This document shows positions 39,515 through 49,095 of a stretch of 64,000 bases of DNA, in pieces. The notes below the pieces were generated by a model. It was given only the letters and a program-made list of their open reading frames with translations. It searched no databases and had not been told where the DNA came from. Both the position numbers and the translations under genes were made by a program. Position 1 is the first letter of the stretch. Every line of letters begins with the position of its first letter. This DNA is from Fibrobacteria bacterium (GTDB lineage: Bacteria > Fibrobacterota > Fibrobacteria > UBA11236), in assembly GCA_043732185.1 (NCBI GenBank), contig JAYTHY010000036.1:34212-98211 (forward strand). The letters run 5' to 3'.

Positions 39515-40693
39515 TTATGTTTGGAAGAGCTGTAGCAGCGCTTTAGCAGTATTGTCCCAAGTAAAATCCGCAGCCTGGTTTCGTCCGGCAGCCCTTGCGG
39601 CTTCGCGAAATTCCTGATTCTGTAGCAATCTAATCAGGGCCGCACACCAAGCCTCAGGGTCGCTAACGGGCATTAGAGAGGGTGCATGGTTGATGAGCGA
39701 TTTCATGGGTTCGATATCAAAGGCTAGCACGGGACATCCGAGGCGCATGGCTTCCATGGCTGGAATACCGAAACCCTCCTGCGTGGACGGAAATAATAAG
39801 GCCAGGGCCTTTTGATAACAGGCTTTCAAAACCCCATCTGAGGGTTTTTCCAAAAGTGTAATCCACTCGGGAAGCGTTTCCCCAGGGCAACCCAACTGTT
39901 TCAGCACCAGTTCTCGGCTTCCCACTATCACCCAATTGAGATGGATGAATCGGGTGCGCAACAGGCTCAGAACCGCGTTTGTAAAGGGCAGATTCTTATT
40001 CGGCGTATCTCCAACGGAAAGCACAAAATTTTCCATAGGCCAAGCTTCCGGCATAAGCGCATCGAAGTGATCACAGCCTAGCCGTATCAGCCTAATACGC
40101 TTCGCATCTATACCTTGCCGGATGCTTTCGGCCCTGACAAATTCGGAATGCACGACGATGCGCCGGATTTTGGAAATCCCGCTTTTCTGGATGCGTATGC
40201 GCATAGTGCGCCGATAAAATTTCTCGATTTCCGTGGCTTCTGCCCGGAACATTTGCCAGTCCTGAATTTCAGCTATGCCCCGGTATCGGCAGAATACGGG
40301 AAAGGAAATCTGAGGTAAAGGTCCCAAAGCAACACAGCTGTGGAATACCCGCACGCGTTTGCGGAATAAGTGATATGGAAGCCAAACCTGGTCCCATATC
40401 CAGGGTCTTTTCCAAGCCGGGGCCATAAGGAGAACGGGAATTTCCGGCATTGGATTTTCGAAACCGGCTAGGACCAAACTGTATACCTGGAAACTGGGCT
40501 CCCCATCGCCCATCCGGCTCCATTTGAAGATACGGGAAGCCACTTCCCGCGTGCACCGGCCGATGCCTTTATTGGCGTATCCGCATTGTAAAGGGCGCAG
40601 ATCGAGAATGACGATGCGAGGACGGCGCCAGAGAGTCAGCAAGGATACGAGGGAGAAATCCAAGGAGTGTACCGGGTTGGTGAACCCAAACAA
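39515..40693 (-). CDS. Glycosyltransferase family 4 (GT-B)
   Basis: GIGR N-terminal motif; NKNL, FPSTQEGFGIPAMEAM and FTWDNTA. Confidence 0.9.
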   Translation of the reverse strand: MFGFTNPVHSLDFSLVSLLTLWRRPRIVILDLRPLQCGYANKGIGRCTREVASRIFKWSRMGDGEPSFQVYSLVLAGFENPMPEIPVLLMAPAWKRPWIWDQVWLPYHLFRKRVRVFHSCVALGPLPQISFPVFCRYRGIAEIQDWQMFRAEATEIEKFYRRTMRIRIQKSGISKIRRIVVHSEFVRAESIRQGIDAKRIRLIRLGCDHFDALMPEAWPMENFVLSVGDTPNKNLPFTNAVLSLLRTRFIHLNWVIVGSRELVLKQLGCPGETLPEWITLLEKPSDGVLKACYQKALALLFPSTQEGFGIPAMEAMRLGCPVLAFDIEPMKSLINHAPSLMPVSDPEAWCAALIRLLQNQEFREAARAAGRNQAADFTWDNTAKALLQLFQT

Positions 40694-40825
40694 TAGCCAA
40701 AAAATCCCCCTAAGTCTGTGGGAATGGCAAAATCGAGTGGTTTTTGTTTAAATTGTCGGGACTAAGTTGGCCCATTCCAATCAGATCTGGTGCCCGGGCC
40801 GGTCCCTTTAATAGAATGTAACGCA

Positions 40826-42094
40826 ATGATCAAAGTCGCCGCCATTGAAGCGGATTCGGATGCCGAAAGAGCGGGAATGCTTCCCGGTGACAAAATCCTT
40901 AAAATCAATGAGGAGGAAGTACGCGATCGTCTCGATTTCGAATTCCATCGCAGTGGTGAATTTTTAGAGTTTGAAATCATGCGGGGTGAAAATCTCTTGC
41001 ACTTGAATGTGGAACGGGAACCGGGTGCCGTGCTTGGAATCGAACCCGAAATAATGAAGATTCACTTGTGCAAAAACAACTGCGTCTTCTGTTTTGTCCA
41101 CCAAACACCCAAAGGCATGCGCCGTTCTCTGTATGTCAAGGACGAAGATTATCGGTATTCCTTTTTGGACGGCCATTTCACAACCTTGTCGAATATGCAA
41201 GATCGCGATTGGCAGCGTGTGCTCGACCAAAAGCTTTCACCGATTTACGTGTCCGTCCATTGCACGGAACCAATCATGCGGGCCAAACTGCTCAAGAACG
41301 AAAAACTTGAACCCATCATGGAACGGTTGCACTGGTTGCGAAAGAACGGGATAGCGTTTCATACTCAGATGGTCATTATCCCGGATTGGAATGACAAAGA
41401 ATATTTGGAGCGATCCCTCAAGGAATTGCGTCCGCTATTTCCCGATCTCGTTTCCATCTCCGTGGTTCCCATCGGTCTCACCGCCCATCGCCAAAACTTG
41501 CCGAATCTGCGTTTGTGTACTCGTGAAGACGCCCTGGACTGTTTGGAAAGAGTCGAACGTCATGGACGGGAAGCCTTGGCGGAAACGGGTGAGCAATTCA
41601 TCTTTCCTTCCGATGAACTTTATGTGTTGGCAGGTGCGGATATTCCTCCGGCGGAGTTCTACGGCGATTTCAGCCAGTACGAAAACGGTGTAGGCACATT
41701 GCGCACCTTGATGGATGATTTCGCCCGCGAATTGCCTTTTCTGCCCAAAGCACCCGCCAATTGGGAGATCACGGTGCTTACCGCTACCTTGGCCGAACCG
41801 ACGCAGCGAATGCTGCTTAAAACACTCGAGGCTAAAAAGGGTCTTAAGTCCGAGCTCCTTACCTGCGAAAACTTAACCTTCGGTTCCACGGTCACGGTTA
41901 CGGGCCTATTGTGTGGAAAGGACTTCACGGCCGCCTTGGAAAAGAGCCAAGGCAAAGGGCCGGTGCTTATTCCGCCGAACAGCTTGAATAAGGAAAATCT
42001 TTTTCTGGACGATATGAGTCCGTCTGATTTGGAAAAACGTTTTGGAAGAAAGATTTTGGTGCCCAACAGCTTTAGGGAGTATTTTCCCTCATGA
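40826..42094 (+). CDS. PDZ + radical-SAM-like DUF512 Fe-S protein
   Basis: PDZ-like N-terminus; CKNNCVFCF, KDEDYRYSF, VVPIGLT and QYENGVG motifs. Confidence 0.88.
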   Translation: MIKVAAIEADSDAERAGMLPGDKILKINEEEVRDRLDFEFHRSGEFLEFEIMRGENLLHLNVEREPGAVLGIEPEIMKIHLCKNNCVFCFVHQTPKGMRRSLYVKDEDYRYSFLDGHFTTLSNMQDRDWQRVLDQKLSPIYVSVHCTEPIMRAKLLKNEKLEPIMERLHWLRKNGIAFHTQMVIIPDWNDKEYLERSLKELRPLFPDLVSISVVPIGLTAHRQNLPNLRLCTREDALDCLERVERHGREALAETGEQFIFPSDELYVLAGADIPPAEFYGDFSQYENGVGTLRTLMDDFARELPFLPKAPANWEITVLTATLAEPTQRMLLKTLEAKKGLKSELLTCENLTFGSTVTVTGLLCGKDFTAALEKSQGKGPVLIPPNSLNKENLFLDDMSPSDLEKRFGRKILVPNSFREYFPS

Positions 42095-43026
42095 ACATTG
42101 CATCCCACCTGCTGCGGAAGTGCGGTCGCACAAGTCGGGTGTGCATGGCAGCACTTTTGTATTTGTCCATTTCCGCTGCCTATTCGCAACCTCTGGCAGA
42201 AACAAAAACACAATTAGGAACTCAGGCATCGTCTTCACCACCACCACCACCACCATCACCAACACCAACACCAACAACAGTGGTAGTCGTAGGGGATTCG
42301 CTCAAAGGTAAGGTGCGGGCAACAAATGTCGCGGAGCGCAGTTTTCGAGTAGTCAAATCCATTCCTTATCCGGCAGGCGCGCTATATATTGAACGGGGAA
42401 TCTGTGGAGCTTTTTTGGGAGGAAAGCAAAAAAATTTGGGTGAACACCAAAGTTTGTACCAGTGGCAAGGTGAGTTGGGATATTTTTATAAACCCTGGTT
42501 TTCAGGTGGTGTAGGATTCCGAATTAAAGCAGGAGAACCGTCAGATACGGTTCAAAAAATCCAAAACCGGTATTTTCTATTGACTAGGTTTCATAAATCG
42601 TGGAATACGCTGGCATTTTATCTCGGACCGCAGCTTGGTTTGGACAATCTCAATCTTCTAAACGGTAGCCCTGATACCGGAACGCACATATTAAAACCCA
42701 TAAGAGGACGAATTGATGATACGAATGCCAGTTTAGGGTTGGACATGGGTGGTGGATGGAAATGCTCTCGTTGGATAGGGCTGACCATGGGATCCAATTT
42801 GGAATACTCACTTGGTGGTCGAGACAGCCTATCCAAGGATTTTTCTCTAGACATCCACGTAAATCCAGGGGTAGCCATTGACATCCTGGCTTTTAGCGAG
42901 AATTTACGTGAATTGGTACAGGCCCTTTACTTCCACATTGACTTTCAGTCTGGATTTCTGCTTTTTGAGAAAACCCATTATCGTCAGGATTGGGCGATAG
43001 TCGGAGGTTTTGGCCTGGCATTTTGA
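42091..43026 (+). CDS. Hypothetical outer-membrane beta-barrel protein with Pro/Thr linker
   Basis: Signal peptide, amphipathic beta strands and C-terminal GGFGLAF. Confidence 0.6.
   Translation: MNIASHLLRKCGRTSRVCMAALLYLSISAAYSQPLAETKTQLGTQASSSPPPPPPSPTPTPTTVVVVGDSLKGKVRATNVAERSFRVVKSIPYPAGALYIERGICGAFLGGKQKNLGEHQSLYQWQGELGYFYKPWFSGGVGFRIKAGEPSDTVQKIQNRYFLLTRFHKSWNTLAFYLGPQLGLDNLNLLNGSPDTGTHILKPIRGRIDDTNASLGLDMGGGWKCSRWIGLTMGSNLEYSLGGRDSLSKDFSLDIHVNPGVAIDILAFSENLRELVQALYFHIDFQSGFLLFEKTHYRQDWAIVGGFGLAF
42238..42279 (+). repeat. (CCA)6 + (ACACCA)n in-frame microsatellite encoding PPPPPPSPTPTPTT
   Basis: Directly visible in the sequence. Confidence 0.85.
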
Positions 43027-43047
43027 CCCCAGACTCGGCGATGGCCC

Positions 43048-43076
43048 TTGCATCTACCCATTAAAATTGATAGTTT
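43048..43076 (+). promoter_or_regulatory. Sigma70-type promoter of the rpsF operon
   Basis: TTGCAT, 17 bp, TAGTTT. Confidence 0.6.
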
Positions 43077-43109
43077 ACGCCTCCCCTAGAGCGACGTAGA
43101 GTGCGTCTT

Positions 43110-43192
43110 TACAGGGTCAACATCAACCTGTTCCGGGCACCTGACCCGGAACCCGGGAATCGAATCGATTTCCTGACCAAAGGAAGGTAAAA
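43110..43192 (+). promoter_or_regulatory. Structured rpsF 5' leader (candidate S6:S18 autoregulatory RNA)
   Basis: Hairpins TTCCGGG/CCCGGAA and GGAATCG/CGATTTCC flank an unpaired CCC. They are enclosed by GGTCA/TGACC, just before the AGGAAGG SD. Confidence 0.45.
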
Positions 43193-43564
43193 TTGGCAAA
43201 ACCGTATGAAACCGTTGTTGTCGTGGATGCAATGCTTCCCGACGAATCCATTGCGTCCGAATTCGACGCGATGGGAAAACTGATTGAATCACAAGGCAAA
43301 CTGCTCAAGATCGATCGCTGGGGCAAACGCAAGTTGGCTTATACCATTAAAAAGCGCACCCATGGTGAATATGCCGTCTTTTATTACGAGGCCAAAGAAG
43401 GTCTCCCCGCGGAAATCGACAAACGTTTCCGCATCAATGAAAACATATTGCGTTGGCTGACTGTGGCGGATTCCCCCCTTGGCATTCCCCCCGATAAAGT
43501 TGAAGGCGAAGCCCAAGTCCAATTGGCTGAACCCGCATATACCCAACGTAAAGGAGAGGACTAA
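43193..43564 (+). CDS. rpsF: 30S ribosomal protein S6
   Basis: YETVVV and [12 protein letters not shown] motifs. Confidence 0.96.
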   Translation: MAKPYETVVVVDAMLPDESIASEFDAMGKLIESQGKLLKIDRWGKRKLAYTIKKRTHGEYAVFYYEAKEGLPAEIDKRFRINENILRWLTVADSPLGIPPDKVEGEAQVQLAEPAYTQRKGED

Positions 43565-43812
43565 TGTCTGAGCGTAGAGAAAAAGATGCCAAGTCCAAAC
43601 GGAAGAAGATTTGTTACTTCACCGAAAACAAGATCAAGTTCATCGATTACAAGGACGACAAGCTGCTGCGCAAGTTCGTGAACGAGCGCGGAAAAATCGT
43701 ATCCCGTAAGATATCCGGCACCACCGCCGTATACCAGCGTGAGCTCGCCATCGCCATCAAGCGTGCGCGACATCTCGGCATGCTGCCCTTTGTTTCCGAA
43801 AACATGCGTTGA
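43564..43812 (+). CDS. rpsR: 30S ribosomal protein S18
   Basis: IDYKD, ERGKI and [13 protein letters not shown] motifs. Confidence 0.97.
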   Translation: MSERREKDAKSKRKKICYFTENKIKFIDYKDDKLLRKFVNERGKIVSRKISGTTAVYQRELAIAIKRARHLGMLPFVSENMR

Positions 43813-43827
43813 GGCTAAGGAAGAAAT

Positions 43828-44280
43828 ATGGAAATCATACTCAAAGAGGACGTACAGAACCTCGGTAGGGCTCTGGAGCTCGTCAAGGTTAAGACTGGAT
43901 ATGCGCACAACTTTTTGTTTCCGAGGGGATTGGCTGTTTTGGCCACTTCCTCCGCCAAGAAGCAGGTTGAAGCCGACCGAGCCAAAATCGAGGAACGCAT
44001 CCGTCAGGAGAAAGTCACATTCCAAGCCCAAGCGGTTAAGATGAAGGACCTGTCTTTGACTATTGCAGCCAAGGTTTCGGAAGGCGAAAAACTTTACGGG
44101 TCCATCCAGACTTCGGATATTTCGGCTAAACTCAAAGACGCCGGTTACGATATCGATAAGCGCCATGTGCTTCTCCCTGAAGCCATCAAGCAACTCGGTA
44201 TGTATACGGTTAAAATCCAGTTGCACAAGGAAGTGGAGACAAAGATCAAGCTTTGGATCATTTCCGATGAGTCCAAGTAA
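43828..44280 (+). CDS. rplI: 50S ribosomal protein L9
   Basis: MEIILKEDVQNLG, VKTGYAHNFLFP and KLYGSI motifs. Confidence 0.97.
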   Translation: MEIILKEDVQNLGRALELVKVKTGYAHNFLFPRGLAVLATSSAKKQVEADRAKIEERIRQEKVTFQAQAVKMKDLSLTIAAKVSEGEKLYGSIQTSDISAKLKDAGYDIDKRHVLLPEAIKQLGMYTVKIQLHKEVETKIKLWIISDESK

Positions 44281-45133
44281 CCAAGGCAAACTCGACGGCG
44301 CCATTGGCGCCGGCATTTCAAATGGCCCGGCCGTTGAAATTGTGGTTTTGGGCGCCAAGGGGCGCATGGGCCAAATGGTCTTGTCTGCCTGTGCGAATAG
44401 GCTTAAGGCGAATCCCGGCAGCCTCCGTGTTGTAGGTGCGATTGAATCTCCGACCTCTCCTTACCTTGGGACATCCCTAGGTATCGAGGGACTGGATGTT
44501 CTGTGTACGGATCAACTCGAGGCAGTTCTCCATCCCGGTGTTGTTGTCATTGATTTCACAAGTCCTGCGGCATCTTTAGCTGCACTGGCCATCATTCAAC
44601 GCATGGGCGCTGCGCATGTCATCTGCACCACCGGCATCTCACCAACTGAAAAACAGATTATCGAATCAGCTTCCCGAACTGTTCCCATTGTTCTGTCCCC
44701 AAATATGAGCATAGGGGTAACAGTAATGTTCAAGGTAGCGGAAATGGTGGCCCGGATTCTGGGCGATGATTTTGATGTTGAAATTGTGGAAGCCCATCAT
44801 AATCAGAAAAAGGATTCTCCGAGTGGAACCGCTCTCGGATTCGCTGAAGCTGTTGCGCGGGGACATGGATCGGACCTAGGTAAAAAGGCCAACTATGGCC
44901 GAGCAGGTTTGGTGGGAGCCAGGCCCAAAGGTGAAATCGGCATTCATGCCGTCAGAGGTGGAGACATCGTCGGGGATCATACCGTTCTTTATGCAGGGGA
45001 TGGCGAACGCATTGAGCTAAAGCATGTAGCGCATAGCCGTCAGACGTTTGCTCAGGGGGCTGTGAAAGCGGCGGTATTTTTGGCCGGAAAACCACCTGGT
45101 ATTTATACTATGGTTGATGTTTTGGGTTTGTAG
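44267..45133 (+). CDS. dapB: 4-hydroxy-tetrahydrodipicolinate reductase
   Basis: GAKGRMG, IDFT, EAHHNQKKDSPSGTA and RGGDIVGDH motifs. Confidence 0.96.
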   Translation: MSPSNQGKLDGAIGAGISNGPAVEIVVLGAKGRMGQMVLSACANRLKANPGSLRVVGAIESPTSPYLGTSLGIEGLDVLCTDQLEAVLHPGVVVIDFTSPAASLAALAIIQRMGAAHVICTTGISPTEKQIIESASRTVPIVLSPNMSIGVTVMFKVAEMVARILGDDFDVEIVEAHHNQKKDSPSGTALGFAEAVARGHGSDLGKKANYGRAGLVGARPKGEIGIHAVRGGDIVGDHTVLYAGDGERIELKHVAHSRQTFAQGAVKAAVFLAGKPPGIYTMVDVLGL

Positions 45134-45216
45134 TCGCCCAACGGCTCTCAAGTGGGCTGGCACTTTTCCGTATTTAAATTAATTGTACATTAAGACAACT
45201 CTATCCGGGGTAGGCC

Positions 45217-46434
45217 TTGCACAAAACCAATTCCCTTGCCATTTTTCTCGCCCTCTCCTTGTCGGTCTTTCATGGATTTACAAGAGCCGCTGACAGGCCC
45301 ACTATTGCGGTGGTTGACAGCGTAAAGTCGGTCCCAAAAGATTCCACCCTGCTTGTGAAGGATAGCCTTAAGGTGGCCGCCGATTCTGCGAAAAGTTCCG
45401 CTCAACCATCCACAACACGTTCCGTAACGGTTACCGTAGGGGCTGCGGTTCCCGGCGATTCTAGTGCCACGGATTCTACTAAAACCCGCCAGACTAAAAA
45501 ACGAAATCGTATCGTTCGAGAAACCACCGTGAACACTATTGATGAACTTAAAGGCCAGTACCGCTCACCCAAGAAGGCGCTGTTCATGTCCTTGATGGTC
45601 CCAGGGCTGGGCCAAGCCTATGTCGGCCATCACTGGATCAATTATTCCCGCGCCGCGGTCTATTTAATGACAGACGTGGCATTGGCCTACGGATGGCATC
45701 ATTATGTGGTAGATCGACAGAACCAGCAAATCGCCAAATACCGGAAATTTGCGGATGAGAATTGGAGGCAGGCACGCTACGAAAGTTTTTTAAGCAGTCA
45801 TCTTACCGGCATGGATGCAGATAAATTTGCTTTCGTCAATCCCCATCGCCAATCGTATTGCGAATCCGTGCAGAACCGGGAATCGTCAAAGGGAATATCG
45901 CTTTATTCGGGCTGTATTTCGCCCATAACGGATGAGACAAATTACTCCAGTTTTAAAGGGGTGTACAATGATGATTCCTGGACTACGGATTCCACATCCA
46001 TTCGTCGCAGCCAGTTCGTCGATACCCATCAATTCTATGAACTGGTTGGGAAAGAAGTTGAGTTTATAACGGGATGGTCGGACGCGGGGAGTATTGAGTT
46101 AGTGGACTCCACCTTCTTCATAAAAGGTTCAGACGGTAAGCCTCTCAAGGATTCTGAGGGGAAATTTCTTCCTGTCGTCACGCCATTGCAGCAGACCTAT
46201 ATCGGAATGCGTGCAAAGGCCAATGACTATGCCAGGATGCAAGCGTATTTCTTGGGTGGAATGGTCATCAATCACCTAGTATCCGCCCTGGATGCAGCCT
46301 TGACCGCCCACTATCACAACAAGGCATTGTACCAGACTGAAGTCGGATGGTGGGATCGGCTTCATTTGGATGGCGGATTGGCTTGGCAAGGGTTCGTCCC
46401 TGTGACTGCAGTAACAGCCCGTGTTACATTCTAG
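45217..46434 (+). CDS. Exported protein with DUF5683/TM2-like motif
   Basis: Signal peptide; SPKKALFMSLMVPGLGQAY and NHLVSALDA; C-terminal ARVTF. Confidence 0.6.
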   Translation: MHKTNSLAIFLALSLSVFHGFTRAADRPTIAVVDSVKSVPKDSTLLVKDSLKVAADSAKSSAQPSTTRSVTVTVGAAVPGDSSATDSTKTRQTKKRNRIVRETTVNTIDELKGQYRSPKKALFMSLMVPGLGQAYVGHHWINYSRAAVYLMTDVALAYGWHHYVVDRQNQQIAKYRKFADENWRQARYESFLSSHLTGMDADKFAFVNPHRQSYCESVQNRESSKGISLYSGCISPITDETNYSSFKGVYNDDSWTTDSTSIRRSQFVDTHQFYELVGKEVEFITGWSDAGSIELVDSTFFIKGSDGKPLKDSEGKFLPVVTPLQQTYIGMRAKANDYARMQAYFLGGMVINHLVSALDAALTAHYHNKALYQTEVGWWDRLHLDGGLAWQGFVPVTAVTARVTF

Positions 46435-46509
46435 AGGACGCATGCGTTGCCATACCTTAAGAATATCGATAGCGAAAATCTTGCTATTCACTGATTCGGC
46501 ATTTGACCA

Positions 46510-47265
46510 ATGAAGGCTACTTTCCTCGCTGTTTGTCTTGCCGTGTTTCCAGTAATCGCTCAGGGTACTGCTCCAATAGTCTTAGATCAAAAAACAACCG
46601 TGCAAGACACTTCCGATGAAACGGTGATTGAAGTCGATCAACGGCAATCTAAAAATGCGGGCAAATCTCTTCCCTTGGCGATGGTTTGCTCTGCTATTCT
46701 GCCTGGTTCAGGAGAATTCTATTTGGAGGACAATGGCCCCGGTAAAGTTTTTCTACTGGTGGAAGCCGGTTTCTGGGCATCCCTGTACATCGCCTTCCTG
46801 ACGCAAGACAGCTATTTGCAAAGTTCACGGAATTACGCTTCAGAATTTTCAGGAATTGATGCAGCGGGCAAAAGCGTCAGTTTTTTGAACACGATGGCCA
46901 GCTACCGCTCCTATCAGGAAAAACAGCATCGACAGGACAGCTATGAGTTGTCGCAAATCCTTTCCGGTAAACGCGACCGGGATTATGCCATACCCATGGT
47001 GGCGGAAAACGACTGGGATTTTGGAAGTTCCACCAACCCGCAGAATACCCGTAACTGGAAAACGTTCCAGTCCACTTTGCGGTATTACCGGTCCTCGAAA
47101 GTTGCCGTGTCCTTTGCCGTTGGGGCGTTGGCGCTAAACCGCTTGGCTTCCCTGGCCCATACTTTGAATGTTTTTAAGCGCACCAGTGCCAAGGGCTTAG
47201 GGTTGCAGGTGACGCCTGATTTTGGACCTGATTATGCGGGTGCACGGCTTAGCCTGGGAATTTGA
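46510..47265 (+). CDS. Exported protein, paralog-like of the upstream DUF5683-like gene
   Basis: Signal peptide; SLPLAMVCSAILPGSGEFY and NRLASLA. Confidence 0.55.
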   Translation: MKATFLAVCLAVFPVIAQGTAPIVLDQKTTVQDTSDETVIEVDQRQSKNAGKSLPLAMVCSAILPGSGEFYLEDNGPGKVFLLVEAGFWASLYIAFLTQDSYLQSSRNYASEFSGIDAAGKSVSFLNTMASYRSYQEKQHRQDSYELSQILSGKRDRDYAIPMVAENDWDFGSSTNPQNTRNWKTFQSTLRYYRSSKVAVSFAVGALALNRLASLAHTLNVFKRTSAKGLGLQVTPDFGPDYAGARLSLGI

Positions 47266-47281
47266 AAATTGCCTCGGCCTC

Positions 47282-47310
47282 TTGCGCAAATTGAAGATAA
47301 TAGTTATCAT
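47282..47310 (+). promoter_or_regulatory. Sigma70-type promoter of the leu leader
   Basis: TTGCGC (47282-87), 17 bp, TATCAT (47305-10); the leader ATG follows 6 nt later. Confidence 0.7.
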
Positions 47311-47316
47311 AGTGTC

Positions 47317-47376
47317 ATGTTTATCGCATCAGTCCAAAAAAATCTTACCCTCCTACTTCTAGTCCTAACTGACTAA
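47317..47376 (+). CDS. leuL: Leucine attenuator leader peptide MFIASVQKNLTLLLLVLTD
   Basis: Six Leu codons within eight (CTT ACC CTC CTA CTT CTA GTC CTA), upstream of leuA and followed by antiterminator/terminator. Confidence 0.88.
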   Translation: MFIASVQKNLTLLLLVLTD

Positions 47377-47397
47377 CAGGGAGTGTGCGTGTTTTGA

Positions 47398-47430
47398 AAA
47401 AAGCCCACTCCCTGGAGTGGGCTTTTTCTT
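47398..47430 (+). terminator. Attenuator terminator
   Basis: GCCCACTC-CCTG-GAGTGGGC followed by TTTTTCTT. Its 5' arm and loop (CACTCCCTG) also pair with upstream CAGGGAGTG. Confidence 0.9.
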
Positions 47431-47499
47431 TGGTACGAAAATTTGAGAAGTCTCGGGAAATTGAAAAAGCCTTTGGCGTATGTAAACAAGGAGTGGAAG

Positions 47500-49059
47500 A
47501 TGAGCAAAGCAGAGAAAAACCGAAAGCCATTTTTTTACGATGTCACCTTGCGGGATGGCAATCAGGCGCTCAAGAATCCTTGGAACCTGCATGAAAAGGA
47601 ATTGGTATTCCGTCAGCTTTTAAAACTAGGCGTACAGGGCATTGAAGTAGGGTTTTCCGGCGCAAGTGATATGGATTTTGCCGCATGCGAGCATTTGGCC
47701 AAATTGGCTCCAGACCATGTAGTGATATCTGGTTTGGCTCGGGCTGTGGAGCGCGACATCGTCATGGTGTGGGAAGCGGTCAAGCACGCGCCGCAGCCTC
47801 GCATCCATACCTTTCTGGCCACCAGTCCTTTCAACATGGAAAATGTGCTGCGCATGACTCCGGCGCAAGTCAAGGAACGCGCTGTTAAGGCCATCACCCT
47901 TTGCCGCAAGGCCATGGGCGGACGCGGCACCATCCAATTTTCCGCCGAACATTTCGGGGACTCGATGGAAAACATGGATTTCGTGATCGATTTGTTGCAG
48001 GCCGTGGTTGCGGAAGGCGCTCATGTGATCAATTTGCCGAATACAGTGGAACGATATCGGCCCATGATCTTTGTCAAGATGGTGGAAGAAGTGGTCAAGG
48101 CCTTGCCCAAGCATGTGATCGTGGCTGTGCATACGCACAATGATTTAGGTATGGCAACCGCTACCACGGTGGAAAGTTATTTTGCCGGTGCCACGCAGTT
48201 GGAAACAGCCTTGAACGGACTGGGCGAGCGGGCCGGTAATACTAATATGTATGAAGTGGCCTGTGCCTTGGCCAATTGCGGCGAAGACGTGCCACTCAAT
48301 ATGGGCGAGATCTATGAAACGGCATTGCGTGTTTCCGAATGGTCCAAGGTTCCGATTTATGAAAAAGCCCCGCTGGTCGGCTCTGATGTGGTTGCGCATC
48401 GCAGCGGGATTCATCAAGATGGCGCCACCAAAACCAAAGGCATGAAAAAAGGCGCGTATCGAGCCATCGAAAGCACTTTGATCGGCCGCAAGGAAGGCGA
48501 CCGACTGGGATTCACCAGCCAAAGTGGTAAGACCGCGGTTTTTGAAATCATCCATGGACTGGGTTTGCCTATCTCGATTGAAGAGGCCGCTTTGCTGCAG
48601 CCGGTGCTCAAGCGCCTTTCCGAACAGGATGGCCGCGGAGAATTGAACGATCAGGAAATCCTGAAGGTGTACGACCAGGAAATTCTGAACGTAACCGGAC
48701 CTTTAGTCTTCTTGGGTATCAAAATGGATCCCAATGAAAAGGAATTCTATTTTGAAGTCAGCTATCAAGGGAAAAACCAAACGCTTACTGGGCAGGGTAC
48801 GGGTCCCATCGATGCCTGTATGCATGCCTTGGAGACGATTGGGCTGTACTTTCACCTAGTCGAATACAGCCAGATGGCATTGGACGTGGAGCATTTGGAC
48901 TTTGCCGCCTATGCGCTTTCCGAGATTAAGATTCAGCGCAAAGCGGGTCAAAATGGAACGCCGGAAGGTCCGAGTGTTGTGGGTCGAGGCAAGGATATGG
49001 ACACCATCAAGGCCAATGTGCGGGCGCTTTTCAACGGTATGAACCTGTTGCTGCGTTAG
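47500..49059 (+). CDS. leuA: 2-isopropylmalate synthase
   Basis: DVTLRDGNQ, HTHND, GLGERAGN and HRSGIHQDG motifs; regulatory domain GTGPIDA; AAGGAG SD before ATG 47500. Confidence 0.92.
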   Translation: MSKAEKNRKPFFYDVTLRDGNQALKNPWNLHEKELVFRQLLKLGVQGIEVGFSGASDMDFAACEHLAKLAPDHVVISGLARAVERDIVMVWEAVKHAPQPRIHTFLATSPFNMENVLRMTPAQVKERAVKAITLCRKAMGGRGTIQFSAEHFGDSMENMDFVIDLLQAVVAEGAHVINLPNTVERYRPMIFVKMVEEVVKALPKHVIVAVHTHNDLGMATATTVESYFAGATQLETALNGLGERAGNTNMYEVACALANCGEDVPLNMGEIYETALRVSEWSKVPIYEKAPLVGSDVVAHRSGIHQDGATKTKGMKKGAYRAIESTLIGRKEGDRLGFTSQSGKTAVFEIIHGLGLPISIEEAALLQPVLKRLSEQDGRGELNDQEILKVYDQEILNVTGPLVFLGIKMDPNEKEFYFEVSYQGKNQTLTGQGTGPIDACMHALETIGLYFHLVEYSQMALDVEHLDFAAYALSEIKIQRKAGQNGTPEGPSVVGRGKDMDTIKANVRALFNGMNLLLR

Positions 49060-49095
49060 AAGTTATTTTGAGACTTTCGGGAGTGGAGGGATAAT

